Source: Pyrolobus fumarii 1A
GTDB taxonomy: Archaea; Thermoproteota; Thermoprotei_A; Sulfolobales; Pyrodictiaceae
Assembly (NCBI RefSeq): GCF_000223395.1
Contig: NC_015931.1
Coordinates: 960,001-992,000, forward strand
Direction: 5' to 3'
DNA length: 32,000 bases
The translations under genes and the position numbers were made by a program. Below are positions 14,723 to 23,902 of this stretch, piece by piece. Position 1 is the first letter of the stretch, and each line of letters starts with the position of its first letter. The notes under the pieces were generated by a model. That model was not told the DNA's origin and made no database searches. It worked only from the letters and a program-made list of their open reading frames with translations.

Positions 14723-16183
14723 TTGGTCGGCACCCTTAGGGCTGCCACACCTCTAGGCTACTACCAGGCGATACACGAGGAGCTTCGCCGCCAGGGCTTC
14801 ATTCGTACCGATTACCCGCCTCGCCGCGATGAGATACTCTGGAACAAGCGTATACTCACGCTTCCACGCGAGGAACTCGAGAAAATAAAGACGCAGAGGC
14901 TCAAGCAGATCGTATGGTGGGCTTGGGAGAACTCGCCGTTCTACCGCCGCTTCTGGAAGAGCAAGGGCTTCCACCCGAGCATGATCAAGGACTGGAGGGA
15001 TGTCGTCAAGATACCAGTGCTCACGAAGAAGGATTTGAGGAAAGACCAGAGTAGCAATCCGCCCTACGGCAGCATAATGGTCCCAGAGCTATCCAGGTAC
15101 ATCCACTTCGTTGGTGCTACCACTGGCTCCACCGGCATGCCTACGTTCCAGGGTTGGGGTAGACTCGAGCTAGACTACTTCGAGGAGCTGCAGGCACGTT
15201 ACCTCTGGACCTTTGCAGACGTCAAGCCAGGCACCATCTACGCCAACTACCTCAACATGAGCGGGTTCTACTCTTGGGGTCCGCCACTAGTAGAGACTGC
15301 CATGTGGAGGTGTGGTGCAACCGCCATCGCGGGTGGCGGCGAGACGTTCTTCACCTGGAAGGAGAGGCATATGCTAATACTCAAGCTATGGAAGGTTGAC
15401 GTGTTCGCGACCACCCCATGGCTACACCGTCTCATCGGCGAAATGGCGCGTGAGGAGGGCTGGGAGACGCCGTTCCGTGTGCTCCTACTACACGGCGGCG
15501 CGGCCGCCGAGAACACGAAGAAGAAGCTAATGGAGGTCCACCCGAACGTCGAGAAGGTCCTCAGCATCTGGGGTACCACGGATGGCCACGTGGCTGTCGA
15601 GCCTCCAGATGCCCCAGGCACTCTCCTCATCTTCGAGGACGTAGAGATATTCGATGTCATTGCGCCTGGTAGCTACGAGGACAAGCCAACCGGCGAGCCA
15701 GCCGGCGAGGGTGAGCGCGGCGAGCTGATAGCAACCCTACTCTACCACTACACAATGCCACTCATCCGTTACAGCCTAGGCGACTATGTGAAGAACGAGT
15801 TCATCTGTGAGCCAACCCCCGAGTACGGCATCACACACTGCAGGTTTGCAGAGCTAATCCCAGGCCGCGTCGAGTGGATGTTCAGAGTGAAGGGCAAGCT
15901 GCTATTCCCGATAATCGTAGAAGACGCGATTAACGAGATACCAGACACCACCGGCGCCTACAACATCATAGTCTATGCGGACGAGATGGACAAGCTAAAG
16001 ATACGCATCGAGACCAAGAGAAAGCTCCCAGTCGACCCACAGTACGACAGGCTAGCCCGCGAGATACTAGCCAGGAGGCTAGACCTAAGCCCCGACGACA
16101 TCGAGATCGAGTGGGTAGAGCCGGGCAAGACCGTCTGGAAGGGCTACAAGCTACAAGTCTTCCTCGACCAGAGGAAGAAGTAA
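14723..16183 (+). CDS. Phenylacetate-CoA ligase (PaaK)/coenzyme F390 synthetase-family adenylate-forming enzyme
   Basis: A 486-aa ORF with a TTG start. The start is uncertain because there is no internal ATG in the first ~120 codons. [39 protein letters not shown] is a typical PaaK N-terminus. [11 protein letters not shown] is the AMP-binding motif. Confidence 0.8.
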   Translation: MVGTLRAATPLGYYQAIHEELRRQGFIRTDYPPRRDEILWNKRILTLPREELEKIKTQRLKQIVWWAWENSPFYRRFWKSKGFHPSMIKDWRDVVKIPVLTKKDLRKDQSSNPPYGSIMVPELSRYIHFVGATTGSTGMPTFQGWGRLELDYFEELQARYLWTFADVKPGTIYANYLNMSGFYSWGPPLVETAMWRCGATAIAGGGETFFTWKERHMLILKLWKVDVFATTPWLHRLIGEMAREEGWETPFRVLLLHGGAAAENTKKKLMEVHPNVEKVLSIWGTTDGHVAVEPPDAPGTLLIFEDVEIFDVIAPGSYEDKPTGEPAGEGERGELIATLLYHYTMPLIRYSLGDYVKNEFICEPTPEYGITHCRFAELIPGRVEWMFRVKGKLLFPIIVEDAINEIPDTTGAYNIIVYADEMDKLKIRIETKRKLPVDPQYDRLAREILARRLDLSPDDIEIEWVEPGKTVWKGYKLQVFLDQRKK

Positions 16184-16202
16184 CCCTACCAAAACACGCA
16201 AA

Positions 16203-16207
16203 TTTTT
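16203..16207 (+). terminator. Oligo-T run downstream of the PaaK-like gene
   Basis: caaaTTTTTcacc lies about 20 nt after the TAA at 16181-16183. Confidence 0.3.
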
Positions 16208-16286
16208 CACCAACCAGGGATCCTCTAGTTGTATGAGTATCTCGCCATTCTAACCATTCTACCCTTTCTCATTCATCACTTGTAGT

Positions 16287-16307
16287 GATATAGCGCTCTT
16301 CTATATC
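16287..16307. promoter_or_regulatory. 7-bp inverted repeat overlapping TATA-like sequence upstream of hisH
   Basis: GATATAG-cgctctt-CTATATC ends 17 nt upstream of ATG 16324. Both arms are TATA-like. Confidence 0.3.
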
Positions 16308-16323
16308 TGGTGGTTTAGGTTGG

Positions 16324-16971
16324 ATGAGTAAGCGGGGTCTACTTGTGCAGCCGAGGGTAGTTGTGGTCGACTATGGTGTTGGTAACAGGTTCAGTATTAT
16401 CGGAGGGCTTAGGCGTGCAGGTGCCACGGTAACACTGTCTAGGCGTCCAGAGGATATCAGGAATGCCGATGGTATAGTGTTGCCGGGCGTCGGGTCCTTC
16501 CCAGCAGCCATGAGGATCATGGAGGAGGCTGGTATAGTGGATCTTGTCGTTGACGCTGTAAAGGAAGGCAGGCCCCTTCTTGGCATCTGTCTCGGAATGC
16601 AGTTGTTGTTTGAGGAGAGTGTCGAGTGGGGCGGTTCTAGGGGTCTGGGGCTGCTACCTGGTAGGGTTGTGCAGCTCCCGACGTGGAGGAAGCCGCATAT
16701 GGCGTGGACTCGTGTGTGGAGGGTTGGAGATTCCAAGCTTCTCAAGAGTATCGATTATGGAGAGTATTTCTACTTCGCTCATAGCTTCTATGTAGATACT
16801 CGTGGCGAGCATGTGAAGGGTTACGCTGTTCATTCCGGTTTTAGGTTCCCTGCTGTCGTGGAAAAGCACCCGGTTTATGGTACTCAGTTCCACCCTGAGA
16901 AGAGTGGGCATACGGGTCTCAAAGTTCTACGCAACTGGTTTAGTGTGGTGGAGGAGGCGGTGCGGCGTTGA
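16324..16971 (+). CDS. hisH: Imidazole glycerol phosphate synthase, glutamine amidotransferase subunit
   Basis: VVVVDYGVGNRFSI, LPGVGSFPAAM, GICLGMQLLFEES (catalytic Cys), FYFAHSFY and TQFHPEKSG form the class-I GATase triad in the HisH pattern. Confidence 0.85.
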   Translation: MSKRGLLVQPRVVVVDYGVGNRFSIIGGLRRAGATVTLSRRPEDIRNADGIVLPGVGSFPAAMRIMEEAGIVDLVVDAVKEGRPLLGICLGMQLLFEESVEWGGSRGLGLLPGRVVQLPTWRKPHMAWTRVWRVGDSKLLKSIDYGEYFYFAHSFYVDTRGEHVKGYAVHSGFRFPAVVEKHPVYGTQFHPEKSGHTGLKVLRNWFSVVEEAVRR

Positions 16972-17369
16972 GGATGAGTAGGGAGGAGGTTGAGGCGATA
17001 GCTTCGAAGCTGAATTATCGTCATCGGGATGGTACTGTAGTGGCGGTTGTTCAGGATGCTAGGAATGGTCTAGTGTTGATGGTTGGTTTCATGAATCGTG
17101 ATGCGGTAGTCTTGACGTTAACAACGGGTTACGTCCATTTCTGGAGCTTGTCTAGGCGTAGGATATGGATGAAGGGCGAGACGAGTGGCCACCGGTTGAG
17201 GGTGCAGAGCGTCTATGTAGATTGTGACCTGGACGCCATCCTTGTGAAGGTTGTGCCGGAGGGGCCGGTGTGCCACACGGGGCATCTGACGTGCTTCTAC
17301 CGGAGGATTGTTGATGGTAATGTGTGGGATTACGAGTTGGGATTGAAGAGGGGTCTTGAGCGTGACTAG
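16968..17369 (+). CDS. hisI: Phosphoribosyl-AMP cyclohydrolase
   Basis: VVAVVQDARNGLVLMVGFMN, WSLSRRRIWMKGETSGHRLRVQSVYVDCDLDAILVKV and PVCHTGHLTCFYR are canonical HisI motifs. The start is TTG 16968 (4-nt overlap with hisH) or ATG 16974. Confidence 0.85.
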   Translation: MRMSREEVEAIASKLNYRHRDGTVVAVVQDARNGLVLMVGFMNRDAVVLTLTTGYVHFWSLSRRRIWMKGETSGHRLRVQSVYVDCDLDAILVKVVPEGPVCHTGHLTCFYRRIVDGNVWDYELGLKRGLERD

Positions 17370-17471
17370 ATGCGTAGTGTGTGGCTGTTGGTGGAATGGG
17401 CTGGTATAGGGTCAAGGAGTGGGTCTATTGGGTGCCTTCTTGACGCTACGAGCGAGGAGGAGTAGACGGTC

Positions 17472-18785
17472 ATGGGGTTACAGCTTGGCGTTGGCGAGCC
17501 TCTAGAAGAGTGGAGCGGGTGTGGCAAGAGGCCTTTGGCCAGGATACCAGAGCCGCGGAGACTCGTAGCCTGGGCCGAGAAGAGGTATGACTACGTGGCC
17601 CTGTTGGAGAGTGGCGAGGGGTTCCCGGAACGCGCCAGGTACACCCTCGTTGCCATGGGTGCGAATAGGGTCTATGAGACTGATGACATTCTTGACGGGT
17701 TTAATGTCCTCTGGAAGGCGCTCCGGGGGAGAGGTTGTGATGCGCTACCTTGTCGCAGCATGCTCTTCGGAGTAGTCTCATACGAGGCTGTTGCCGGTGT
17801 TGAGCCGTGGCTGGCGCCCAAACTGAGACGTCATACTTGGCCCGTAGTGAGAGTATTTGAGCCAGAGGTGCTTGTGGTGTACGATCGTCTCACTGGGAGG
17901 GCGTACGTTTGCCCGGGTGACGCGGATCTAGGCGAGGCTGAGATAGGGGGGTTCGTGCAGGCAAGGGGGCCCGTCTATGAGACGCCGCGGGAGGAGTTCG
18001 AGGCGTGGGTTAGGGAGGCGAAGAGGCTGATAGAAGAGGGGGAGTTCTTCCAGATAGTCCTCTCGCGTGTAGAGCGGTACGAGTATAATGGTTCGCCTCT
18101 CGCGCTTTACGAGAGGCTGGCGGGGGGTAACCCGAGCCCCTACATGTTCTACCTGAGGATGGGCGACCATTGGATAGTTGGGACTAGTCCCGAGCTCCTA
18201 GTCAAGATGAGCCTGGGGCGTGCCGAGACACACCCGATAGCGGGTACGAGGCCTCGTGGCAAGACGCCGGAGGAGGATGTGGCGTTGGAGGAGGAGATGT
18301 TGCGCGATGAAAAGGAGAGAGCCGAGCATATGATGCTCGTGGATCTCGCGAGGAATGATCTGGGTAGGATAGCTGTGCCGGGTACGGTTAGAGTAACAGC
18401 GCTTATGGACGTCGAGAAGTACAGTCATGTCCAACATCTTGTGAGCAGGGTGGAGGCCCTCGTAAAGCCCAAGACGCTCTACTCGGATGTGCTTGCTGCG
18501 ACGTTCCCCGCGGGTACGGTCTCCGGTGCGCCAAAGACGAGGGCGATGGAGTATATCGCTGTGCTTGAGGATGAGCCTCGCGGCCCGTACGCTGGCGCTG
18601 TTGGCGTGTATGCTGAGAGGGCGGGAGAGACGGCTATAGTCATACGCAGCGTGTGGAGCTACGAGGACGGTATTGTCGAGGCTAGGGCGGGTGCAGGGAT
18701 AGTCTATGATAGTGTCCCCGAGCGCGAGTACATGGAGACTGTTCACAAGATAATGGCTGTGAGGAGGGCTCTGGGGGTGGCGTAA
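17472..18785 (+). CDS. trpE: Anthranilate synthase component I (TrpE); the aminodeoxychorismate synthase alternative is not excluded
   Basis: YVALLESGEG...ARYT, HPIAGTRPRG, DEKERAEHMMLVDLARNDLGR, FPAGTVSGAPKTRAMEYI and RGPYAGAVGV are chorismate-utilising enzyme motifs. Confidence 0.75.
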   Translation: MGLQLGVGEPLEEWSGCGKRPLARIPEPRRLVAWAEKRYDYVALLESGEGFPERARYTLVAMGANRVYETDDILDGFNVLWKALRGRGCDALPCRSMLFGVVSYEAVAGVEPWLAPKLRRHTWPVVRVFEPEVLVVYDRLTGRAYVCPGDADLGEAEIGGFVQARGPVYETPREEFEAWVREAKRLIEEGEFFQIVLSRVERYEYNGSPLALYERLAGGNPSPYMFYLRMGDHWIVGTSPELLVKMSLGRAETHPIAGTRPRGKTPEEDVALEEEMLRDEKERAEHMMLVDLARNDLGRIAVPGTVRVTALMDVEKYSHVQHLVSRVEALVKPKTLYSDVLAATFPAGTVSGAPKTRAMEYIAVLEDEPRGPYAGAVGVYAERAGETAIVIRSVWSYEDGIVEARAGAGIVYDSVPEREYMETVHKIMAVRRALGVA

Positions 18786-18788
18786 GCC

Positions 18789-19376
18789 GTGGCCGACACC
18801 CTCGTACTGATAATAGACAACTATGATAGCTTCGTCTATAACCTCGTGAATGTCCTAGCCGAGCTTGGCGCTAGAAGCATCGTGGTTAGAAACGACGAGA
18901 TTAGCGTGAGGGGCGTGGAGAGGATCGACCCCGACCGCATCATAATCTCGCCCGGGCCAGGCTCGCCCCTAAAGCCGCGCGACGTTGGCGTGTCGATAGA
19001 GATTGTGAGGAGACTAGGCTGGAGGATACCGATACTCGGCGTCTGCCTGGGCCACCAGGTTGTCGGGGTGGCGTTTGGCGCGAGGATTAGGAGAGCCAAG
19101 AGGATAATGCACGGAAAGACTGACACTGTGCGGCACAATGGTGGTAAGTTGTACCGGGGTGTGCCCAGCGAGTTCACCGCAATGAGATACCACAGTCTGG
19201 TGATCGATGATGTGCCTAGCGTGTTGAAAGTCGAGGCTAGGAGCGTCGTCGACAACGAAATAATGGGCGTGAGGCACGTGGAGCATCCGATACACGGGGT
19301 GCAGTTCCACCCGGAGAGTATCGGAACTCCATACGGGCCACAGATACTCAAGAACTTCCTTGATGACCCATGGTGA
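18789..19376 (+). CDS. trpG: Anthranilate synthase component II (glutamine amidotransferase)
   Basis: GTG start 3 nt after the trpE stop. Motifs are [27 protein letters not shown] and VQFHPES. Confidence 0.8.
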   Translation: MADTLVLIIDNYDSFVYNLVNVLAELGARSIVVRNDEISVRGVERIDPDRIIISPGPGSPLKPRDVGVSIEIVRRLGWRIPILGVCLGHQVVGVAFGARIRRAKRIMHGKTDTVRHNGGKLYRGVPSEFTAMRYHSLVIDDVPSVLKVEARSVVDNEIMGVRHVEHPIHGVQFHPESIGTPYGPQILKNFLDDPW

Positions 19377-19377
19377 G

Positions 19378-19902
19378 CTATAGGCTTGGCAACCCTCTCA
19401 CGAGCAAGCTCGTGAGCAGCGCGAGTGCCCCCATTAGCATGGCTAGCTTGTTTGCGGTTGGGTGGTTGTAGGGGAGGCTTGCTAGCCTCCACCTCTTGGA
19501 TGAGAGTGGCCAGTAGGGGTAGACTCCCCCCTCGGTCACAGCATCGAGTGCTAGGTGTGAGTAGCTGCCTACAAGTATCGCAATAATTGCTGCCAGAGCC
19601 TCAGGAGGCGGCGCTAGGAGGGCTGACGTCATAAACACTGTTGAAAACGCGAGGGGGCCCACAAAGCTATGGCTAAAGGCTGTGCGCCTAGGCCTCCCTC
19701 CCCGTACCTCGTGTCCAAGCAGATCAAGCGCTATGTTGACAAGCGCTGAGGACCACGCGGCATACCAGGCGCAGCTCGCTGGGCAACCCGCTAGCAGCGC
19801 TAGCGCGGCAGCTATGCTAGACGAGAAGGCGACATGCGTAGCTAGCTTCAAAACATGCCCCCGTGGGTATCGGGTAGTCAGCCGCCTCAATACTCTTGGC
19901 AA
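19378..19902 (-). CDS. Membrane-bound metal-dependent hydrolase-like protein (YdjM/DUF457-like)
   Basis: A 174-aa hydrophobic protein with His-containing motifs ATHVAF, LDLLGHE, SHSFVG and SHLALD, then YPYWPLS, as in DUF457. The N-terminal start is uncertain. Confidence 0.55.
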   Translation of the reverse strand: MPRVLRRLTTRYPRGHVLKLATHVAFSSSIAAALALLAGCPASCAWYAAWSSALVNIALDLLGHEVRGGRPRRTAFSHSFVGPLAFSTVFMTSALLAPPPEALAAIIAILVGSYSHLALDAVTEGGVYPYWPLSSKRWRLASLPYNHPTANKLAMLMGALALLTSLLVRGLPSL

Positions 19903-19913
19903 GGTTTAACGAT

Positions 19914-21224
19914 CTAACCGCTCTGCCCGCCAAGTTTGAAGATAAGTCTGGCGAATACCCTTGCATCAGCCACAGCGTTATCGATCTTGGCGTATTCGTT
20001 CGGCTGGTGTGCGGTCGCGTCGCATGTCTGCCATACTACTGCGGGCATACCCCTCTTACGGAAGTATCTCGCTACGGTACCCCCGCCTATACCCACGGGC
20101 CTAGGCTCTATGCCGCGATCCTCCCGTATGCTCTCGGAGAGGTAACGGACAAGCGGATGAGACGGTGACGTTGGCTCTCCAGCAGCGTCCTTCATCACCA
20201 CCTCTACGTCTATCTTTGCATTGCTGCGGAGCGCAAACCAATAGGCCATGCTCTTGACAGTCTCGATCACATCGTCTAGGTCGTAGCGTGGGAGCACTCT
20301 GCAATCCCAGTATACCACGTCGCGACCGGGAACTGTGTTAATGTTAGCCACGTTCGCCTCCTTCTTCGTAGGCTCGAAGGTCGACACCGGAGGCTCAAAG
20401 ACCTCGTCGAAACCAGAGAACTTCTCGTGGAGTGTCTTGTCAAGCTCCAGGTTGAACATCATGCCCAGTCTATGTGCGTTTAGCCCCTCGTGAGGCATAG
20501 AGGCGTGAACCTGCCTACCCTCAATAACCACCTTGAACCATAGGATGTGTTTCTCGGCGACCTCTATGCGGGAACCATCGCTACTACAATAGTCCGGTAC
20601 AAGAACCCAGTCGCCGCTACGGAAGACACCAGTCTTCTCGAGCAGGTACCTCACACCATACCTGCTACCCGCCTCCTCGTCAGACACGAAAGCCACCATG
20701 AGCGTTATGGGAGGCTCGGTCTGCTCCTCGCTCAACGCGCGTAAGAGTAGAAGCGACGAGACAACAGCCTGCAGGTTATCCTCAACACCCCTGCCGTAAA
20801 CCCTGTCACCGACAACTGTTGCCTGATAGGGAGGGTACTTCCAGAGGCTAGCATCTCCTTCGGGTACAGTGTCGAGATGCGAGATTATCCATAGTCGTGG
20901 CCTCCCACTACCCAGCTTAACGACTAGATTGGGCCTTACGCCACCCTCGGCGCGGTCATCACGCGCATCATACCTTTCGACGTGTAGTCCTAGCCTCTCA
21001 AGCTCCTCTTGGAGCGCCTCGGCTCTACGCAGCTCCCCCTTGCCACCGAAATCAGGGGGTATAGCCTTCAGGGGAACAAGCTTCTTGTAGAGCTCCACTG
21101 CATAGCCACGAAGCGACTCAATACGCGAGAGGAGCTTGTCTAGCAAGCAGGCCGCACCCCTGGAACGCACGCTTGACCAGCAACAAGCCTCCTCATAACG
21201 TGTTCTCTGCTCCCGGCGAGACAA
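19914..21224 (-). CDS. M20-family metallopeptidase (ArgE/DapE/ACY1/CPG2-type deacylase)
   Basis: Motifs are SHLDTVPEGD, GRGVEDN, FVSDEEAGS and a C-terminal HQPNEY. The first ~26 codons of the track ORF look non-native, so an alternative TTG start at 21146 (MLDKLLSRIESL...) is plausible. Confidence 0.8.
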   Translation of the reverse strand: MSRREQRTRYEEACCWSSVRSRGAACLLDKLLSRIESLRGYAVELYKKLVPLKAIPPDFGGKGELRRAEALQEELERLGLHVERYDARDDRAEGGVRPNLVVKLGSGRPRLWIISHLDTVPEGDASLWKYPPYQATVVGDRVYGRGVEDNLQAVVSSLLLLRALSEEQTEPPITLMVAFVSDEEAGSRYGVRYLLEKTGVFRSGDWVLVPDYCSSDGSRIEVAEKHILWFKVVIEGRQVHASMPHEGLNAHRLGMMFNLELDKTLHEKFSGFDEVFEPPVSTFEPTKKEANVANINTVPGRDVVYWDCRVLPRYDLDDVIETVKSMAYWFALRSNAKIDVEVVMKDAAGEPTSPSHPLVRYLSESIREDRGIEPRPVGIGGGTVARYFRKRGMPAVVWQTCDATAHQPNEYAKIDNAVADARVFARLIFKLGGQSG

Positions 21225-21272
21225 CCGGGAATAAACGCTAGCAGGCCAGCTGCACGGCGGTCGGGCGACAAT

Positions 21273-22010
21273 TTGGAGGCGCTAGTGGCCATACTAGTAG
21301 GCCTCCTCGCCGGCATAGTCGGGAGTATAGCCGGGCTAGGCGGCGGCGCGATAATGGTACCACTATTGATACTAGCTGGCGTTGAGCCCCACCACGCAGT
21401 ATCGGCTAGCCTCTTCGCGGTACTCGGTACGAGCCTAGGAGGCATAATCCACCTGCACAAGGAGGGCCTCCTAGACACCAGGCTCGCCGTTACGCTAGCA
21501 ACGGCTAGCGTTACGGGTGCAGTCATAGGTGCTTACGTAGCCGTCAACATACCCGGCCGTGTCATAGTAGCCATAGTTGTACTCGTGCTCGTTGCTTCGG
21601 GAATCATTGCGCTCAGGGGCCCTCGTAGCGCAGCAAGGCAAGGATCCCATGCAATCCCCTTGGCTTGGGCTGTGCTACTCGTCGGTGGTTTTGTCGGCGC
21701 GCTGGCTGGTAAGGGCGGCGGTAGCTTCAACATGCCGGTATTGATTGGGATAATGGGCCTCGACTCTAGACGTGCTGCAGCAACATCAAAGCTAATGGCG
21801 GGTTTCAACGCCGCTACGGCTACACTCGTGTATGCGATGCACGGCATGCTAGACCTTGCGCTAGCAGTGCCTCTAGTCATCGGTACATACACTGGTGCAA
21901 CAATAGGCTCGAGGCTAATAACACGCATGAAAATAGAGCATCACAAGCTGATCGTGGCGGTGATATACTTTGTGCTAGCGGGCGCGGCAACGGTAAAACT
22001 CGTAGGGTAG
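21273..22010 (+). CDS. TauE/SafE (TSUP)-family anion exporter membrane protein
   Basis: A 245-aa polytopic protein with the duplicated glycine-rich motifs GLGGGAIMVPLLIL and GKGGGSFNMPVLI typical of TSUP. Confidence 0.8.
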   Translation: MEALVAILVGLLAGIVGSIAGLGGGAIMVPLLILAGVEPHHAVSASLFAVLGTSLGGIIHLHKEGLLDTRLAVTLATASVTGAVIGAYVAVNIPGRVIVAIVVLVLVASGIIALRGPRSAARQGSHAIPLAWAVLLVGGFVGALAGKGGGSFNMPVLIGIMGLDSRRAAATSKLMAGFNAATATLVYAMHGMLDLALAVPLVIGTYTGATIGSRLITRMKIEHHKLIVAVIYFVLAGAATVKLVG

Positions 22011-22041
22011 GCGCGGCGCGACAAGCTACTGGTGCACACGC

Positions 22042-22665
22042 ATGGGTAACGTTTACCACATACGTCTTCCAGCCTCCCGCGAGGATATCGAGAAGCTGCG
22101 TGTAGGGGACACCGTCTACCTCACCGGTATAATCGTGACAGCGCGTGACCAGGCTCATCGTAGGATACTCGAGCTCGTGAGGCGTGGAGAAAAGCTGCCC
22201 ATCGATCTCAAGGGGCTTGCTATATACCATTGTGGTCCTGTGGTGAAACGCGAGGGTAGCGAGTGGAGGGTTATCGCTGCGGGACCCACAACAAGCTACC
22301 GCATGGGTATGCTGGTAGCCGAGGTTGTGAAGGCTACTGGCGCTGCATTCGTGATAGGGAAGGGTGGGTTGCCAAGCGAGGCGGCCAAGGCTCTAGCAGA
22401 GGCGGGTGGCGTGTATCTAGCATTCCCGGGTGGAGCGGGAGCCCTGGCAGCCACTAGGATCAAGAGCGTCGCTGGGGTATACTGGCTAGAGGAGCTTGGC
22501 GTTCCAGAGGCGCTCTGGGTGTTCGAGGTTGAGGAGTTCGGCCCGATGACAGTAGCGGTTGACGTTCATGGCGGCAACCTGTACGAGGATGTTAGAAGCA
22601 GAGTGTCCAGTAACGCCGCGCAGGCGAAGAGGAGGCTCATAGAATCCCTAGCTGTTCTACCTTAA
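22042..22665 (+). CDS. Fe-S hydro-lyase beta-type subunit (class I fumarate hydratase / tartrate dehydratase beta subunit)
   Basis: LRVGDTVYLTGIIVTARDQAHRR, IYHCGP, AAGPTTSYRM and FVIGKGG are motifs of the FumA C-terminal/TtdB family. Confidence 0.75.
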   Translation: MGNVYHIRLPASREDIEKLRVGDTVYLTGIIVTARDQAHRRILELVRRGEKLPIDLKGLAIYHCGPVVKREGSEWRVIAAGPTTSYRMGMLVAEVVKATGAAFVIGKGGLPSEAAKALAEAGGVYLAFPGGAGALAATRIKSVAGVYWLEELGVPEALWVFEVEEFGPMTVAVDVHGGNLYEDVRSRVSSNAAQAKRRLIESLAVLP

Positions 22666-22703
22666 ACCACCCTTTCCACTCATGCACGACGGCCAGGAGC
22701 GCG

Positions 22704-23864
22704 ATGAGCGCGCCATGCATCGAGTATGACGCGGGTGTCATACGCGAGCTTAAGAGGGTAGCGCGTAACGACAAGGCTCTCGAACTCCTCCTCTCGAGCC
22801 TTTGTGAGCCTCCACGTCGCTTATACGTGAGAGTAAACACGATGCGTGCTGATCCCGGGGAGGTGCTCGACGAGCTAAGGGAGCAGGGGCTACGAGCGTA
22901 TCGCGATGAGCACCTCGAGGAGGCTATCTGGTTTCCTGTGGAGGGTCCATTCCGCGTTCCCCGTGTGGATAAGCGCGTGGTTGTCGACAAGAGGACTGCT
23001 GAGAGCGTCCTGCTAGGTGCTCACGTCTATGCACCCGGCGTCATAGATATGGAGGGCGTCTCTAAGGGTGATGAGGTGAACATTGTAGCAGAGAACGGGG
23101 TGGTTGTTGCGTATGGCGTGGCGGAGATGAGCTGGGATGAAGTGCGGGAGAAGCGTCGCGGCCTAGCGGTTAGGGTTGTCGTCTCGAGGTTCCGCGCGCC
23201 TAGCACCAGGGAGCTGAGCGTCTGGAAAAGAGGGCTGATATATGAGCAGAGCTTACCCGCTATGTGGGCCTCGAGGCTTCTCGAGCCTCAACCCGGCGAG
23301 ATAGTGGTTGACATGTGCGCAGCGCCCGGGGGCAAGACGGGGCACCTTGTAGAGTTGACACGCGGTAAGGCGCGGATAGTAGCGATCGACCACTCTAGGT
23401 CGAAGATAAGGAGGATGGTTGAGGAGCTTGGGCGACTAGGGCATCTAGACCTGGTTCACATAGAGCAAGCTGATTCGAGGTACCTGGACCTAGACTACCC
23501 GATGCTTAGGGCGGATAGGGTGCTTCTCGACCCGCCGTGTACGGCGCTCGGCGTGATACCAAAGGTGTATGATAGGAAGACGTGGCGTGATGTTAGGAAC
23601 GCGGCGGAGTATCAGTGGCAGTTTGTGAAGGTTGCAGCCAAGATATTGAAGCCGGGAGGCCGTCTAGTCTACTCGACGTGCACGCTCACAGTTGAGGAGA
23701 ACGAGGCCATCGTGAGGAGGATGGAGAAGCTGGGGCTGCGTCTGGTCGAGCTGCGGGCGCCACGCTCCAGCATGGGTGTTGATGGTCTGCCGGTCTCGAG
23801 GTTCCTCCCCAGCGTTCAAAAGATGCCAGGCTATTTCATAGCCGTGCTTGAGAAGAGGGGGTAG
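22704..23864 (+). CDS. NOL1/NOP2/Sun-family RNA (cytosine-C5)-methyltransferase with an N-terminal PUA-like domain
   Basis: The SAM motif is DMCAAPGGKTGHL. The catalytic Cys motifs are DPPCTALGV and YSTCTL. The upstream segment KGDEVNIVAENGVVVAYGVAEM is PUA-like. Confidence 0.85.
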   Translation: MSAPCIEYDAGVIRELKRVARNDKALELLLSSLCEPPRRLYVRVNTMRADPGEVLDELREQGLRAYRDEHLEEAIWFPVEGPFRVPRVDKRVVVDKRTAESVLLGAHVYAPGVIDMEGVSKGDEVNIVAENGVVVAYGVAEMSWDEVREKRRGLAVRVVVSRFRAPSTRELSVWKRGLIYEQSLPAMWASRLLEPQPGEIVVDMCAAPGGKTGHLVELTRGKARIVAIDHSRSKIRRMVEELGRLGHLDLVHIEQADSRYLDLDYPMLRADRVLLDPPCTALGVIPKVYDRKTWRDVRNAAEYQWQFVKVAAKILKPGGRLVYSTCTLTVEENEAIVRRMEKLGLRLVELRAPRSSMGVDGLPVSRFLPSVQKMPGYFIAVLEKRG

Positions 23865-23902
23865 ACGCTCGTCCATCGTGACTGGCGGGGAGGCTAGCGA
23901 GC

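Noticed and set aside
15268-15660. 130-aa antisense ORF inside the PaaK-like gene
   Set aside because: It is a shadow ORF opposite a motif-supported CDS.
16200-16279. Minus-strand GTGATGA (16273-16279) and the direct repeat CCATTCT-aa-CCATTCT (16245-16260) upstream of hisH
   Set aside because: There are no D/D' boxes (CUGA) at guide-length spacing on the minus strand. A 7-mer repeat alone is too short to interpret.
18198-19492. 182-aa and 218-aa antisense ORFs opposite trpE and trpG
   Set aside because: Both are fully overlapped by genes with canonical TrpE/TrpG motifs, and their translations are low-complexity.
21140-21928. 128-aa and 131-aa minus-strand ORFs overlapping the TauE/SafE gene
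   Set aside because: They are Ala/Pro/Ser/Thr-rich shadow frames of a GC-rich membrane-protein gene.
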